This document shows, piece by piece, positions 17,644-27,234 of a stretch of DNA of 64,000 bases. Source of the DNA: Candidatus Methanosuratincola verstraetei (lineage in GTDB: Archaea; Thermoproteota; Methanomethylicia; Methanomethylicales; Methanomethylicaceae). The notes under the pieces were generated by a model, which saw only the letters and a list, made by a program, of their open reading frames with translations, did not search any database and had not been told where the DNA came from. The stretch spans positions 1,152,001-1,216,000 of the forward strand of contig CP186953.1 in assembly GCA_049570475.1 (NCBI GenBank), given 5' to 3'. The number at the start of each line of letters is the position of its first letter. The first letter of the stretch is position 1. Position numbers and translations under genes: made by a program.

Positions 17644-19128
17644 ATGGGTTCCAGTCAAGGTCCAGGGGCAGATCCGGGCGCAGGCACTCGTGCAGGCGCT
17701 GGCGCGGGGGCGGGTCAGCCCATCCCTCCTAGCCCCCCTCAGCCTCAGCAGCCCCGCAGGCCCGGCACAGGCTCGGATTCGGAGTCCGGGTACAGGGGGA
17801 AGGTGCTCGAGCTGATAAGGTCGAAGGGGCTGAAGGTCGGGGACAGGGTCCTCGTCAAGGACGGGAGGATAGAGCTATCCGGGGTGCTTATGCCGAGATC
17901 CGAGCTCGAGGACGACGAGCACATAGTGGTGAAGCTCCCAGACGGTTACAACGTCGGGGTCTCGATAGGGTCGATCGAGATCCGCCGCGTCCCCGATCAG
18001 GAGCCGCCGCGCCCGCAGCCGGAGGCTTCCCTTCCGCCGCCGAACCCTGCCCTCCCGCAGGTCGCGATCATCAGCACGGGCGGCACGATAGCGAGCAGGG
18101 TCGACTACAGGACCGGCGCGGTCAGCCCAGCCCTCTCCGCAGCCGACCTCTACCAGGCGGTGCCTGAGCTGGGCGAGGTTGCGAGCATACGGACCGAGAT
18201 ACTCTTCAGCATACTGAGCGAGAACATGTCCCCGAAGCACTGGAGCTCGATAGCGGAATCGGTTTACAAGCAGATAAAGGCGGGCGCCCAGGGGGTCGTC
18301 GTCACGCACGGGACGGACACGATGGGCTACACCGCCGCAGCCCTCAGCTTCGCGCTGAGGAACCTCCCCGTGCCGGTCATCCTCGTCGGATCCCAGCGTT
18401 CGTCCGACCGCCCCTCCTCCGACGCCGCTCTGAACCTCAAGGGCGCGGTCACCGCCGCCGCATACGCGCCATTCGCAGAGGTCGGGGTGCTGATGCACGC
18501 GTCCCCGTCTGACGACCTGCTCGTGATCCACCGTGGGACGAGGGCGAGGAAGATGCACACGAGCAGGCGCGACGCGTTCAGGTCGGTGAACTCGAGGCCG
18601 CTCGCCTACGTCAAGGACGGCAAGATCGAGGTCGCCGCAGCCGCCGGAGTTGATGGCCCGGGCTGCCGCCCCCGCGGTTCGCCAGGGGAGCTGGAGCTGA
18701 AGCCCCACTTCGACGAGGATGTTGTCCTGATCAAGTCATTCCCCGGCATGCCGCCGGACATATTCGACCCGATAATCCACAGGGGGTTCAGGGGGATAGT
18801 GCTCGAGGGGACTGGTCTCGGGCACGTCCCGGACAAGGTCTTCCACCAGGTAAGGAGGGCGGTCGACAGCGGGCTCACGGTCGTAATGGCGTCCCAGTGC
18901 ATAAACGGGAGGGTCAACATGAACGTCTACAGCACCGGGAGGGAGCTCCTCGGCATGGGGGTTATCCCAGCAGGAGACATGCTGCCCGAGACCGCCCTGG
19001 TCAAGCTCATGTGGGTGCTTGGGCAGACCGAGGACCACGATAAGATACGGGAGCTCTTCACTGCGAACCTGGCAGGGGAGCTCTCCGAGAGGAGCGAGTA
19101 CGACGGGGGTGTCGCGGATGGTGAGTGA
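17644..19128 (+). CDS. gatD: Glu-tRNA(Gln) amidotransferase subunit D
   Basis: STGGTIASRVDYRTG, THGTDTMGYT, GSQRSSDRPSSD, KMHTSRRDAF, GTGLGH. Confidence 0.95.
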   Translation: MGSSQGPGADPGAGTRAGAGAGAGQPIPPSPPQPQQPRRPGTGSDSESGYRGKVLELIRSKGLKVGDRVLVKDGRIELSGVLMPRSELEDDEHIVVKLPDGYNVGVSIGSIEIRRVPDQEPPRPQPEASLPPPNPALPQVAIISTGGTIASRVDYRTGAVSPALSAADLYQAVPELGEVASIRTEILFSILSENMSPKHWSSIAESVYKQIKAGAQGVVVTHGTDTMGYTAAALSFALRNLPVPVILVGSQRSSDRPSSDAALNLKGAVTAAAYAPFAEVGVLMHASPSDDLLVIHRGTRARKMHTSRRDAFRSVNSRPLAYVKDGKIEVAAAAGVDGPGCRPRGSPGELELKPHFDEDVVLIKSFPGMPPDIFDPIIHRGFRGIVLEGTGLGHVPDKVFHQVRRAVDSGLTVVMASQCINGRVNMNVYSTGRELLGMGVIPAGDMLPETALVKLMWVLGQTEDHDKIRELFTANLAGELSERSEYDGGVADGE

Positions 19129-21097
19129 TGAAGATCGGCACATGGGAAGTTCTGCGGATCGGGAAGTGGCTGCCCCGCCGGGCCCCGCTGCCGCATCCGG
19201 GCAAGCCGGATCAGGGGGCGGGGTGAAGGTCGGGATCGAGATCCACCAGCAGCTCGACACCAGGCACAAGCTCTTCTGCGGGTGCCCGACCGCCCTCTCG
19301 GACCGGGATCCAGACTACTCCGTCGTCAGGAGGCTCCGCCCCACCCACAGCGAGATGGGCCAGGTCGACCGCGCCGCGCTCTTCGAGTCGACCAGGGGGA
19401 AGCGCTTCGTCTACCAAGGGCACTACGGGTCTGCCTGCCTCGTCGAGCTTGACGAGGAGCCGCCCCACGGGCTGAACGGCGAGGCGGTCTCGGTCGCCCT
19501 CACGGTAGCCGCAATGATGAACATGAAGCCCGTCGACGAGATCCACGTGATGCGCAAGATAGTCATCGACGGCTCGAACACGACCGGCTTCCAGAGGACC
19601 GCCAAGGTCGCCCTCGACGGATGGATCGATGTCGGCGGGAAGAAGGTCACGATACAGTCCCTGTGCCTCGAGGAGGACGCCGCGAGGAAGGTCTCCGAGG
19701 AGCCCGGGGGCACCGTGGTATACAGGCTTGACAGGCTCGGGATACCGCTCGTCGAGGTGACCACGGGGCCTGACATGCACAGCGGTGCCGAGGCCGAGGA
19801 GGCCGCGCTCGCGATCGGGAGGATCCTGAAGGCGACCGGGAAGGTGAAGCGCGGGATCGGCGCGATCAGGCAGGACCTGAACGTCTCGGTGGAGGGCGGG
19901 ACGAGGATCGAGATCAAGGGCGTGCAGGAGCTTGGGATGATCTCCTCTGCTGTCGAGTACGAGGCCATGCGCCAGCGCCGCCTGCTCGAGATAAGGGCTG
20001 AGCTGCTGAGGCGGGGGGCGCCCGACCCCTCCGGATCCCAGTTCGAGGACCTCACCGGGATCCTCAAGGGGACCGGCAGCAAGGTCCTGCGGAGGGCGAT
20101 CGACTCCGGGGGGAGGGTGATGGGCGTCCTCCTCCGCGGGTACGGCGGGCTCCTGAAGGAAGAGGTCCAGCCGGGGAGGAGGTTCGGCACCGAGCTCTCA
20201 GACAGGGCGAAGGCGAGGGCTGGCGTGGGCGGGATCTTCCACACCGACGAGCTCCCGGCGTACGGGATCACAGCGGACGAGGTCTCATCCGTGAGGCAGG
20301 CGCTCGGCGCGTCCGAGTCTGACTGCGCCGTCCTGGTCGCAGCGCCAGAGCCGGCTTGCAGGGCCGCCCTGGAGGCCGTGGTCGAGAGGGCGTCTGAGGC
20401 GCTGCGGGGCATCCCCCCCGAGGTGAGGGCAGCGAACCAGGACGGGACGACAAGGTTCATGCGCCCGATGCCCGGGTCCGCCAGGATGTACCCTGAGACC
20501 GACGTCCCTTCGATCGTCGTCAGCCCGTCGCGCTTCGAGGAGGTTAAGCGCTCGCTCCCTGAGACGCTCGAGTCAAAGGCTGATCGGTACCGGAAGGAGT
20601 ACGGGCTGAGCAGGGATCTCGCGCTCCTGGTAGTCGACTCGCCCTATGCCGCAGAGTTCGAGTCCATTGTCAGGGAGGGAGGGGCAGACCCGTCCTTCGT
20701 CGCAGCCACCTTCGAGTACACGTTCAAGATGCTCAGGCGGGAGGGCGTGGACGTCGACTCCTTCGACCCGGGCGACATAAAGCAGGTCCTGCTGGGCGCC
20801 AGCTCGGGCAAGATACCGAAGGAAGCCGTCCCGGAGATCTTCAGGTGGCTCTCCGCGAACAGGGGCAAGGGCGTCGAAGACGCGCTCAAAGCCCTCTCGG
20901 TCGGCTCGGTCAGCCCTGAGGAGGTCCGTTCCGCGGTCGCCGCGGTCGTGGAGAGGAACCTCGACCTGGTAAGGCGCGAGGGCGAGCGAGCAAAGAGCAG
21001 GCTGATGGGGGACCTGATGAAGGAGTACCGAGGGAAGGTCGACGGGAAGCTCCTCTTCTCCCTGCTGGATGAGGAGATAAGGAAGCGGGCGGAGTGA
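19118..21097 (+). CDS. gatE: Glu-tRNA(Gln) amidotransferase subunit E
   Basis: KVGIEIHQQLDT..KLFC, RKIVIDGSNTTGFQRT, LEEDAARK, MRPMPGSARMYPETD; start ATG 19118 or 19142. Confidence 0.95.
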   Translation: MVSDEDRHMGSSADREVAAPPGPAAASGQAGSGGGVKVGIEIHQQLDTRHKLFCGCPTALSDRDPDYSVVRRLRPTHSEMGQVDRAALFESTRGKRFVYQGHYGSACLVELDEEPPHGLNGEAVSVALTVAAMMNMKPVDEIHVMRKIVIDGSNTTGFQRTAKVALDGWIDVGGKKVTIQSLCLEEDAARKVSEEPGGTVVYRLDRLGIPLVEVTTGPDMHSGAEAEEAALAIGRILKATGKVKRGIGAIRQDLNVSVEGGTRIEIKGVQELGMISSAVEYEAMRQRRLLEIRAELLRRGAPDPSGSQFEDLTGILKGTGSKVLRRAIDSGGRVMGVLLRGYGGLLKEEVQPGRRFGTELSDRAKARAGVGGIFHTDELPAYGITADEVSSVRQALGASESDCAVLVAAPEPACRAALEAVVERASEALRGIPPEVRAANQDGTTRFMRPMPGSARMYPETDVPSIVVSPSRFEEVKRSLPETLESKADRYRKEYGLSRDLALLVVDSPYAAEFESIVREGGADPSFVAATFEYTFKMLRREGVDVDSFDPGDIKQVLLGASSGKIPKEAVPEIFRWLSANRGKGVEDALKALSVGSVSPEEVRSAVAAVVERNLDLVRREGERAKSRLMGDLMKEYRGKVDGKLLFSLLDEEIRKRAE

Positions 21098-21205
21098 CAT
21101 ACCCGCATGCCCGCGCAACCCTTTTTATCCCGGGGATAGATAATCTTGTTAAAACCAGTCTGCTGATCAAAACTGGCTCTCTGCGGTCCGGCTTGGTGTG
21201 GTACC

Positions 21206-23014
21206 TTGTGCGGGATATTCGGTTGCATCTGCGAAGCGGCCGTCCCAGTGCTCGTCGACGGCCTGAGGCGGCTTGAGTACCGTGGATACGACTCGGTGGG
21301 GTTCGCCTTCATCTCCGAGGGCAGGATCATTGTGATGAAGGACAAGGGCAGCATCGATGATTTCGTCCGCAGGGTAGACCTCGACTCGCTCGACTCTCGA
21401 ATAGAGGTGGGGATAGGCCACACCAGGTGGGCGACGCACGGGGCGCCATGCAAGGAGAATGCACACCCGCACCTCGACTGCACCGGGTCGATAGCGATAG
21501 TCCACAACGGGGTCCTGGAGAACTTCCTGGAGCTGCGCGCCGGGCTCCAGGCAAGGGGGCATGCCTTCTCCTCAAACACCGACTCCGAGGTGATAGCGCA
21601 CCTTGTCGAGGAGGGCGTAAGGTCCGGGATGGGGCTAAAGGGGGCGCTGGCAAGCGCTTCCAGTCAGACGAGGGGGTCGATGGCAGTGGCGGCCTTGAGC
21701 TCCGCGGAGCCGGACAGGATCGTCTGCTTCAGGAGGGAGAGCCCGCTCATACTCGGCATTGGCCCCAAAGGGGTATACTGCGCATCGGACATACCCGCGC
21801 TGGTGAAGTATGCAACCCGGTTCTTCCCCATGCCGGAAGGGAGCCTCGCCACTCTGACGCGGGGCGGCTTCACGCTGGAGAGCGCAAGCGGCGAGCAGAT
21901 AGACCCATGCGCGGTGGGAGTGGACTGGGACTTGGCTGCCGTCGACCGGGGAGGGTATGCGCACTTCATGCTCAAGGAGATTCACGAGCAGCCACTCGCC
22001 GTCTCGAACACGCTCAGGATCTCTGCAGAGTACGTGGCGCGTGCGGCGTCGCTCCTCCTGGGGAAGCGGATCCTCCTCACTGGTTCGGGGACGTCTTACC
22101 ACGCCTGCCTCTGCGCCTCCTACCTGCTCAACTCCTTGGGGTTCGACGCCAGGGCGATCATATCGTCTGAGTTCGAGGAGCACCTGAAGGGGCAGCCCCT
22201 CGGGGAGGCTGTGGTGGTTGGGGTCTCGCAGTCCGGCGAGACTGCAGACACGCTCGGCGCGATCAGGCACGCCAAGAGGCTCGGCGCCCGCGTGCTGGGG
22301 ATAACGAACACGCTCTCCTCCTCGATAACGTCCCTCTCGGACGCATACCTCTGCACGCAGGGCGGGCCAGAGATAGGCGTCGCTGCGACCAAGTCTTTCC
22401 TGACCCAGCTCGTCGCGCTGGAGATGCTCTCGTTCAGGGCGGCGCTCGCTTCCGGATCCCTCTCAAGGGCGGATTACGAGGGCGTGGTTTCCGAGATGGC
22501 TTCCCTGCCCGCGAAGATAAGCTCCATTCTGGGGAGGCTTGATCGGGTTCGGGAGATCGCCCTCAAGTACGCGGACAGGAGGGATGCCTACTTCCTCGGG
22601 AGGGGGATGAACGTTGCCACCGCCATGGAGGGGGCGCTCAAGCTCAAGGAGATAAGCTACATCCACGCAGAGGGGTACCCCGCTGGGGAGTCGAAGCACG
22701 GCCCGATCTCGCTCGTCGAGCCGGGTTTCCTCTGCGTCTTCGTTGCTCCGAAGGACTCGTCTAGGCAGAGGATCATCGGCAATGTGATGGAGATGAAGGC
22801 CAGGGGTGCCGAGATATTCTCAGTGCTCACCGAGGGGGACGGCGAGCTGGTTGAGGTTTCGGACGAGCACTTCGAGGTTCCGGAGTCGCCCGAGTACCTG
22901 TACCCGGTCCTCTGCACGGTGCCTCTCCAGGCGCTCGCGTACTACGTGGCAACTTACCGGGGGCTGGACCCGGACAGACCTAGGAACCTGGCAAAGTCCG
23001 TCACAGTCCTCTAG
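21206..23014 (+). CDS. glmS: Glutamine-fructose-6-phosphate aminotransferase
   Basis: MCGIFG, LEYRGYDS, GHTRWATHG, SQSGETADT, PRNLAKSVTV. Confidence 0.96.
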   Translation: MCGIFGCICEAAVPVLVDGLRRLEYRGYDSVGFAFISEGRIIVMKDKGSIDDFVRRVDLDSLDSRIEVGIGHTRWATHGAPCKENAHPHLDCTGSIAIVHNGVLENFLELRAGLQARGHAFSSNTDSEVIAHLVEEGVRSGMGLKGALASASSQTRGSMAVAALSSAEPDRIVCFRRESPLILGIGPKGVYCASDIPALVKYATRFFPMPEGSLATLTRGGFTLESASGEQIDPCAVGVDWDLAAVDRGGYAHFMLKEIHEQPLAVSNTLRISAEYVARAASLLLGKRILLTGSGTSYHACLCASYLLNSLGFDARAIISSEFEEHLKGQPLGEAVVVGVSQSGETADTLGAIRHAKRLGARVLGITNTLSSSITSLSDAYLCTQGGPEIGVAATKSFLTQLVALEMLSFRAALASGSLSRADYEGVVSEMASLPAKISSILGRLDRVREIALKYADRRDAYFLGRGMNVATAMEGALKLKEISYIHAEGYPAGESKHGPISLVEPGFLCVFVAPKDSSRQRIIGNVMEMKARGAEIFSVLTEGDGELVEVSDEHFEVPESPEYLYPVLCTVPLQALAYYVATYRGLDPDRPRNLAKSVTVL

Positions 23015-23033
23015 CGCAGGGTGATGCGATTCC

Positions 23034-23567
23034 ATGAACCCGGAGATGAAGGAGGAGATAACCAAAAAGGCCCTCTCCTCGGTCTCAACAGCCCTTGCGC
23101 ACGCCCAGACGCTCCTCCCCTTGGTCGTTGAAAATGGCAATCCGGGAAGCGGGGCCCAGGGGCCCGGGGGAGCCGAGGATCCAGCACTACATGCTTCTCC
23201 GGGCGGAGGCAATGCTGCGGCCACGGAGAACGGCCTACGGCGGGCCTATGCGTCGGCGCTCAGGTGCAGGCTCGAGATTCAGTATGCCCTCCTGCTCATA
23301 CAGAAGGGGCTCTCGATCGGAGTCGAGATGGTTGATTCATCTGCGCCATCATCGAGATCCGCGCAGAAAGCTAGGCTCGCGGCGGGGCTGAAGTCCGACC
23401 TCGAGGGTGCGCTCTCTGCCCTTGAGTCCGGGTCGCCAGAGGTCGCAGGCGCGGCGCTTGCCGCCTCAGACTCGAAGGCTGCCCAGCTGATCTCGAAAAT
23501 CAGGGGCGAGCTAAAGCGATGCACCCGAGTTCAGCGGCGGGACCGGGATCGGCGATCCGTCGGTTAA
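23034..23567 (+). CDS. Hypothetical helical protein with a Gly/Pro-rich insert
   Basis: ORF directly after glmS with GGTGA SD; family not recognised. Confidence 0.55.
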   Translation: MNPEMKEEITKKALSSVSTALAHAQTLLPLVVENGNPGSGAQGPGGAEDPALHASPGGGNAAATENGLRRAYASALRCRLEIQYALLLIQKGLSIGVEMVDSSAPSSRSAQKARLAAGLKSDLEGALSALESGSPEVAGAALAASDSKAAQLISKIRGELKRCTRVQRRDRDRRSVG

Positions 23568-23621
23568 GAAATTGGGGCAGACCACAAAAAAGGGAATATT
23601 ATGGGTGCGCCTGGGCGCGGC

Positions 23622-24651
23622 TCACAGGCGCCTGTCGACTATGTCCTCGGTTCCTGGCCCGGTCCCTATGATCGTGACCGGGACGCCCAGGTTCTGCTCA
23701 ATCTCCTTGACGAATGATTTCGCCCTGTCAGGCAGGCCCTCATAGCTCCGCGCCCCCCTGCACTCAGGGAAAATCGCGTCCAGCTTCGTGAGCGCTATCT
23801 GCGTCCCCCCGTTTATCCTCAGCGACCTCTCCGCGAGCGCATAGTTAAACGGGGCCGCCCTCCTCCTCCTTCCGGTCACAGTGGCGACCTCCAGCCAGCC
23901 CCTCCTCGCAGCCTCGTCCTCAGGGATCTCCCCCTCGAGCGGGCCGCCGCCTACCCTGGTCACGTAGGACTTGAAGACTACCACGACATCGTCAACGTCC
24001 TTAGGGCCCACGCCGACCTCGCTGCAGACTGCCGAGGCCGAGACGTCCCTGCTTGTGACGTACGGCGGATCCCCGTGGAACAGCGAGAGGTAGAGCCCCT
24101 GCGTGCCCTCCAGGAGGACCCTGCCGCCTGACTTTGCGCTGTCGTGGACCTCCCTCTCCACGTCAGTGAGGTATGGCTTGAGCTCGTCGAAGTCGCGGGC
24201 GAGCCTCATCGTCCGGAGCACCCTGTCGACCATCGCTGCCCCGACGCCGGACCCGGTCGAGCCTACCTTCTTCATCAGGAACTCGTCCTTCCGCTCCCTC
24301 TCGATGTGCTCGGGGAGTATCACGCCGCTGTTCCGGTCCACCCCGAGCCTCCCCTCGGCCCCGGTGATGGCGATCTCCTTCTTCAGCGTCTCGATGCTGT
24401 ACAGCGCCCCGGCTGCTATGAGGAGCCTGGTCCTCCTGTTGACGTAGGCGCACGGGATTATCCTCAGCTTGACCTCCTTCCCGCCCTCGACTATCGTGTG
24501 CCCTGCGTTTATCGACCCAGTCCTGACTGCCAGGGCGTAGTTGTCCTTGAAGCCCATATAGGCGGCTATCTTACCTCTGGGGGGATCCCCGCAGCGGTGA
24601 CCCTTTCCCCTCGTCTCCGTAGAAGCCGCCAACGACCACAGTCACTGCCAT
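23622..24651 (-). CDS. purA: Adenylosuccinate synthetase (short archaeal type), split by a 28-nt insert: exon 1 24651-24605, exon 2 24576-23622, 333 aa when joined
   Basis: MAVTVVVGGFYGDEGK in one frame and GKIAAY...INAGHT...STGSGVG...EGTQG...YVTS...TVTGRRRR...TKLD in another; GGTGG SD before ATG 24651. Confidence 0.93.
24577..24604 (-). other. Candidate 28-nt bulge-helix-bulge (BHB/BHL-type) pre-mRNA intron in purA
   Basis: mRNA GGGG-AA^A-GGGUC...GAUCC-CCCC-AG^A: 4-bp helix, two 3-nt purine segments and an intronic stem; canonical cuts rejoin GAG GGG AA|A GGU AAG = EGKGK. Confidence 0.8.
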
Positions 24652-24836
24652 TTTACCACCAGTCGAATACAGCGCAGGTCCGTATAAAAAGATTATATGC
24701 CCCCGGCGAGTGGATACATTGTCTGCGCGCCTGCCTGCCTCGGCACTTGCCCTTCGCAGTGCCCGGGGATCTGGCAGGGCGGGTGGCTGGTCCGCCTCAT
24801 CAATGGGTGGGCTGGCAAGCCGGGGCGATCGGGCGG

Positions 24837-25628
24837 ATGGAAGGGAGGGGATCCAGTTTGGAGATCTGGGGCATAAGGACAAGGGTGGTCAGGCCGGGGG
24901 ACGACCTCGTCGAGCTAACTATCGAGGGGGCGGAGTCCTCTGGGATTGAGATCAGGGGCGGCGACATACTCGCGTTCTCAGCCAAGGCTGTAGCCACGGC
25001 CATGGGCAGGCTCGTTCGCCTCTCGGATGTCCGCCCATCCCCGGCTGCAATCGATCTCGCCGCGCGCCACTCGATGGACCCGGCATTCGTCGAGGTCGTG
25101 ATCAGGGAGGCCGACCAGATCCTGGGCGGGGTCGAGCACGCACTCGCCACGATCAAGAGAGGCATACTCGTTGCGAACGCCGGAGTGGACCAGTCCAACT
25201 CCCCGCCGGGCTACGTCGCCCTTTGGCCCGAGGATCCGCAGACTGCTGCAGAGGGGCTGAAGGCCTCATTCTCAAGGAGAGGGCTCGACGTTGGCATCCT
25301 TATAATCGACAGCAGGACGCTCCCGCTGAGGATGGGGAACAGCGGCGTCGCGATTGGCATAGCCGGATTCAGGGCGGTCGAGGACCTGAGGGGGAAGCCA
25401 GACCTCTACGGCAGGCCCCTCCGCCTCAAGAGGTTCATGGTGGCCGACAACCTGGCTTCCGCAGCGCAGCTGGTCATGGGCGAGACAGACGAGTCGAGGC
25501 CAGTCGCTCTGATCAGGGATGCCCCAGTCACGTACGGCAGCGGATACGGCATCGGCGAGGCGTACATACCCCCGGACCAGTGCCTCATCATGCACCTCCT
25601 TTCCTGCAGGGGCGGGAGGAGCCCATAA
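24837..25628 (+). CDS. cofE: Coenzyme F420-0:L-glutamate ligase family
   Basis: VRPGDDL, SAKAVA..GR, ANAGVDQSN, IIDSRTLPLR.G, DLRGKPDLYGRPL, DNLASAAQLVMGE. Confidence 0.88.
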   Translation: MEGRGSSLEIWGIRTRVVRPGDDLVELTIEGAESSGIEIRGGDILAFSAKAVATAMGRLVRLSDVRPSPAAIDLAARHSMDPAFVEVVIREADQILGGVEHALATIKRGILVANAGVDQSNSPPGYVALWPEDPQTAAEGLKASFSRRGLDVGILIIDSRTLPLRMGNSGVAIGIAGFRAVEDLRGKPDLYGRPLRLKRFMVADNLASAAQLVMGETDESRPVALIRDAPVTYGSGYGIGEAYIPPDQCLIMHLLSCRGGRSP

Positions 25629-25749
25629 GCCAGGCGCCAGTCAGTTCGATCCCGCCAGACACAAAAATGTTTGTTTTTGCCTTCACTGATCTAAAATCCT
25701 CGCACCAAAGCCTTAATATCCCCTAAAAAGGCTTAAGGTGATCCAAGGG

Positions 25750-26217
25750 ATGAGTGATCGGCCCATGTCCTCGGAACTCGATGCCCTTGACAAGCTAATA
25801 ATCAAAACCCTCCAGTCCAACGCCCGCACCCCGTTCTCCAAGATAGCAAAGGAGGCTGGCGTCAGCGAGGCCACCGTGTTCCTCCGGGTGAAGGGGCTCC
25901 AGCAGAGCGGCGTGATAAAGTCGTTCAGGGCGATCGTCGACCCGCAGAAGGTCGGGAAGCCCCTCTCGGCATTCATACTGGTGAAGGCGGACCCGAAGAA
26001 GTACGCCGAGGTCGCGAAGCTGATCAGGGACCTCCCCGAGGTCACTGAGGCATTCGACGTCACCGGACCGTACTACCTGATATGCAGGGTCGACGTCCCG
26101 GGGAAGGACGCGCTCTCCGAAGTGATCGACAAGATGGGCAGGGTCGAGGGCGTGCTCAGCACCGAGACCGCAATCGTTCTCAAGGAGATCAAGGAGAACG
26201 TGGGGCTGAGCATCTGA
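25750..26217 (+). CDS. Lrp/AsnC family transcriptional regulator
   Basis: LDALDKLIIKTLQSNARTPFSKIAKEAGVSEATV HTH plus VTGPY RAM domain. Confidence 0.92.
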   Translation: MSDRPMSSELDALDKLIIKTLQSNARTPFSKIAKEAGVSEATVFLRVKGLQQSGVIKSFRAIVDPQKVGKPLSAFILVKADPKKYAEVAKLIRDLPEVTEAFDVTGPYYLICRVDVPGKDALSEVIDKMGRVEGVLSTETAIVLKEIKENVGLSI

Positions 26218-26287
26218 TCGGCGCATTCTTTTTTTCGGTCCGATGCACTGGCATCCGCCGGGCGATCTGCCGCCTGGCTGAATCATG

Positions 26288-26443
26288 CTATCCCGGAAGC
26301 TTGAATTCCTTCCCGCACCTTGGGCACTTTGCGTAGCCGCACCTTCCGAATGTGACCTCGTTGCATCCGGTGCAAGCAAAAGTCCTGGAGTACATCAGGC
26401 TGAACCTGCTCCCGCAGTTCGGACACACAAGTATGTCGCCCAT
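26288..26443 (-). CDS. Small (51 aa) Cys-rich zinc-binding protein, absent from the ORF track
   Basis: Manual translation MGDILVCPNCGSRFSLMYSRTFACTGCNEVTFGRCGYAKCPRCGKEFKLPG; two CPxCG motifs plus CxxC and one extra Cys. Confidence 0.75.
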   Translation of the reverse strand: MGDILVCPNCGSRFSLMYSRTFACTGCNEVTFGRCGYAKCPRCGKEFKLPG

Positions 26444-26518
26444 AAAGACACTTCGAGTTGAATCTGAAAGAGGGAAGACATTATAAACTTGACTGCAGTA
26501 TCTCTTTCGGTGGACTGG

Positions 26519-27196
26519 TTGCCAAAGCCTCTGGTGATTAAGGCTGACGACGACGAAGTGCTCGACGTTGAGCTCGAGGAGGACTTCATAAAGGCAAACG
26601 AGCGGATGGCCGCCCTCAACCGAAGGACTTTTGACAGGGCTGGCGTCCGAGTTGTCGACTTCATGGGGTCAATAGGCTCGGGCAAGACCTCCATAATCGA
26701 GAGGCTCGTAGAGAGCCTGAAAGGCAAGTACCGCATAGGCGTCATAGCCGGGGACACCGCTACGGACATAGACGCCGAGAGGGTATCCAGGCACGGCGTT
26801 CCATCGATCCAGATAAACACGGGAAGGGAGTGCCACCTCGACGCCCCGATCGTGAGGAAGGCAGCCAAGAAGCTGATCCGCGAGGGCGTCAACCTCATAC
26901 TCATAGAGAATGTCGGGAACCTGATTTGCCCTGCCGAGTTCCCGCTCGGGTCCCACCTGAGGGCTGTGGTCGTGAGCGTGACCGAAGGTGAGTACATGAT
27001 AAAGAAGAAGGCAGACATATTCAGGTCTGCTGAGGTTGCGGTCATAAACAAGAAGGACATGTCCGGTCCGATGGGCATCGATGTCGGCGCGCTCGTCAAA
27101 GACGCCCTCGACGCTAACCCGAAGATCAGGGTCGTCGTCACCAGCGCCAGGACAGGCGAGGGCATCGACGACCTGGCCCAGGCACTAGGTCTCTGA
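26519..27196 (+). CDS. hypB: Hydrogenase nickel incorporation GTPase
   Basis: GSIGSGKTSIIE, INTGRECHLDA, IENVGNLICPAEF.LG, SVTEGE, INKKD, SARTGEG. Confidence 0.93.
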   Translation: MPKPLVIKADDDEVLDVELEEDFIKANERMAALNRRTFDRAGVRVVDFMGSIGSGKTSIIERLVESLKGKYRIGVIAGDTATDIDAERVSRHGVPSIQINTGRECHLDAPIVRKAAKKLIREGVNLILIENVGNLICPAEFPLGSHLRAVVVSVTEGEYMIKKKADIFRSAEVAVINKKDMSGPMGIDVGALVKDALDANPKIRVVVTSARTGEGIDDLAQALGL

Positions 27197-27234
27197 ACGT
27201 CACCTTTTTTTAGCAGACGTTCGATCTATAATCT

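Noticed and set aside
24577-24604. purA insert as a simple sequencing indel, tandem duplication or IS footprint
   Set aside because: It is 28 nt of non-duplicated sequence complementary to the upstream exon, and its removal matches BHB cut geometry. Read-level confirmation is still needed.
23622-24632. Track ORF giving PurA an N-terminus MAASTETRGKGHRCGDPPR
   Set aside because: It lacks the GDEGK half of the P-loop. The real N-terminus is in another frame from ATG 24651, which has an SD.
24144-24836. Long N-terminal extension of CofE
   Set aside because: It overlaps purA antisense; homology begins only near ATG 24837.
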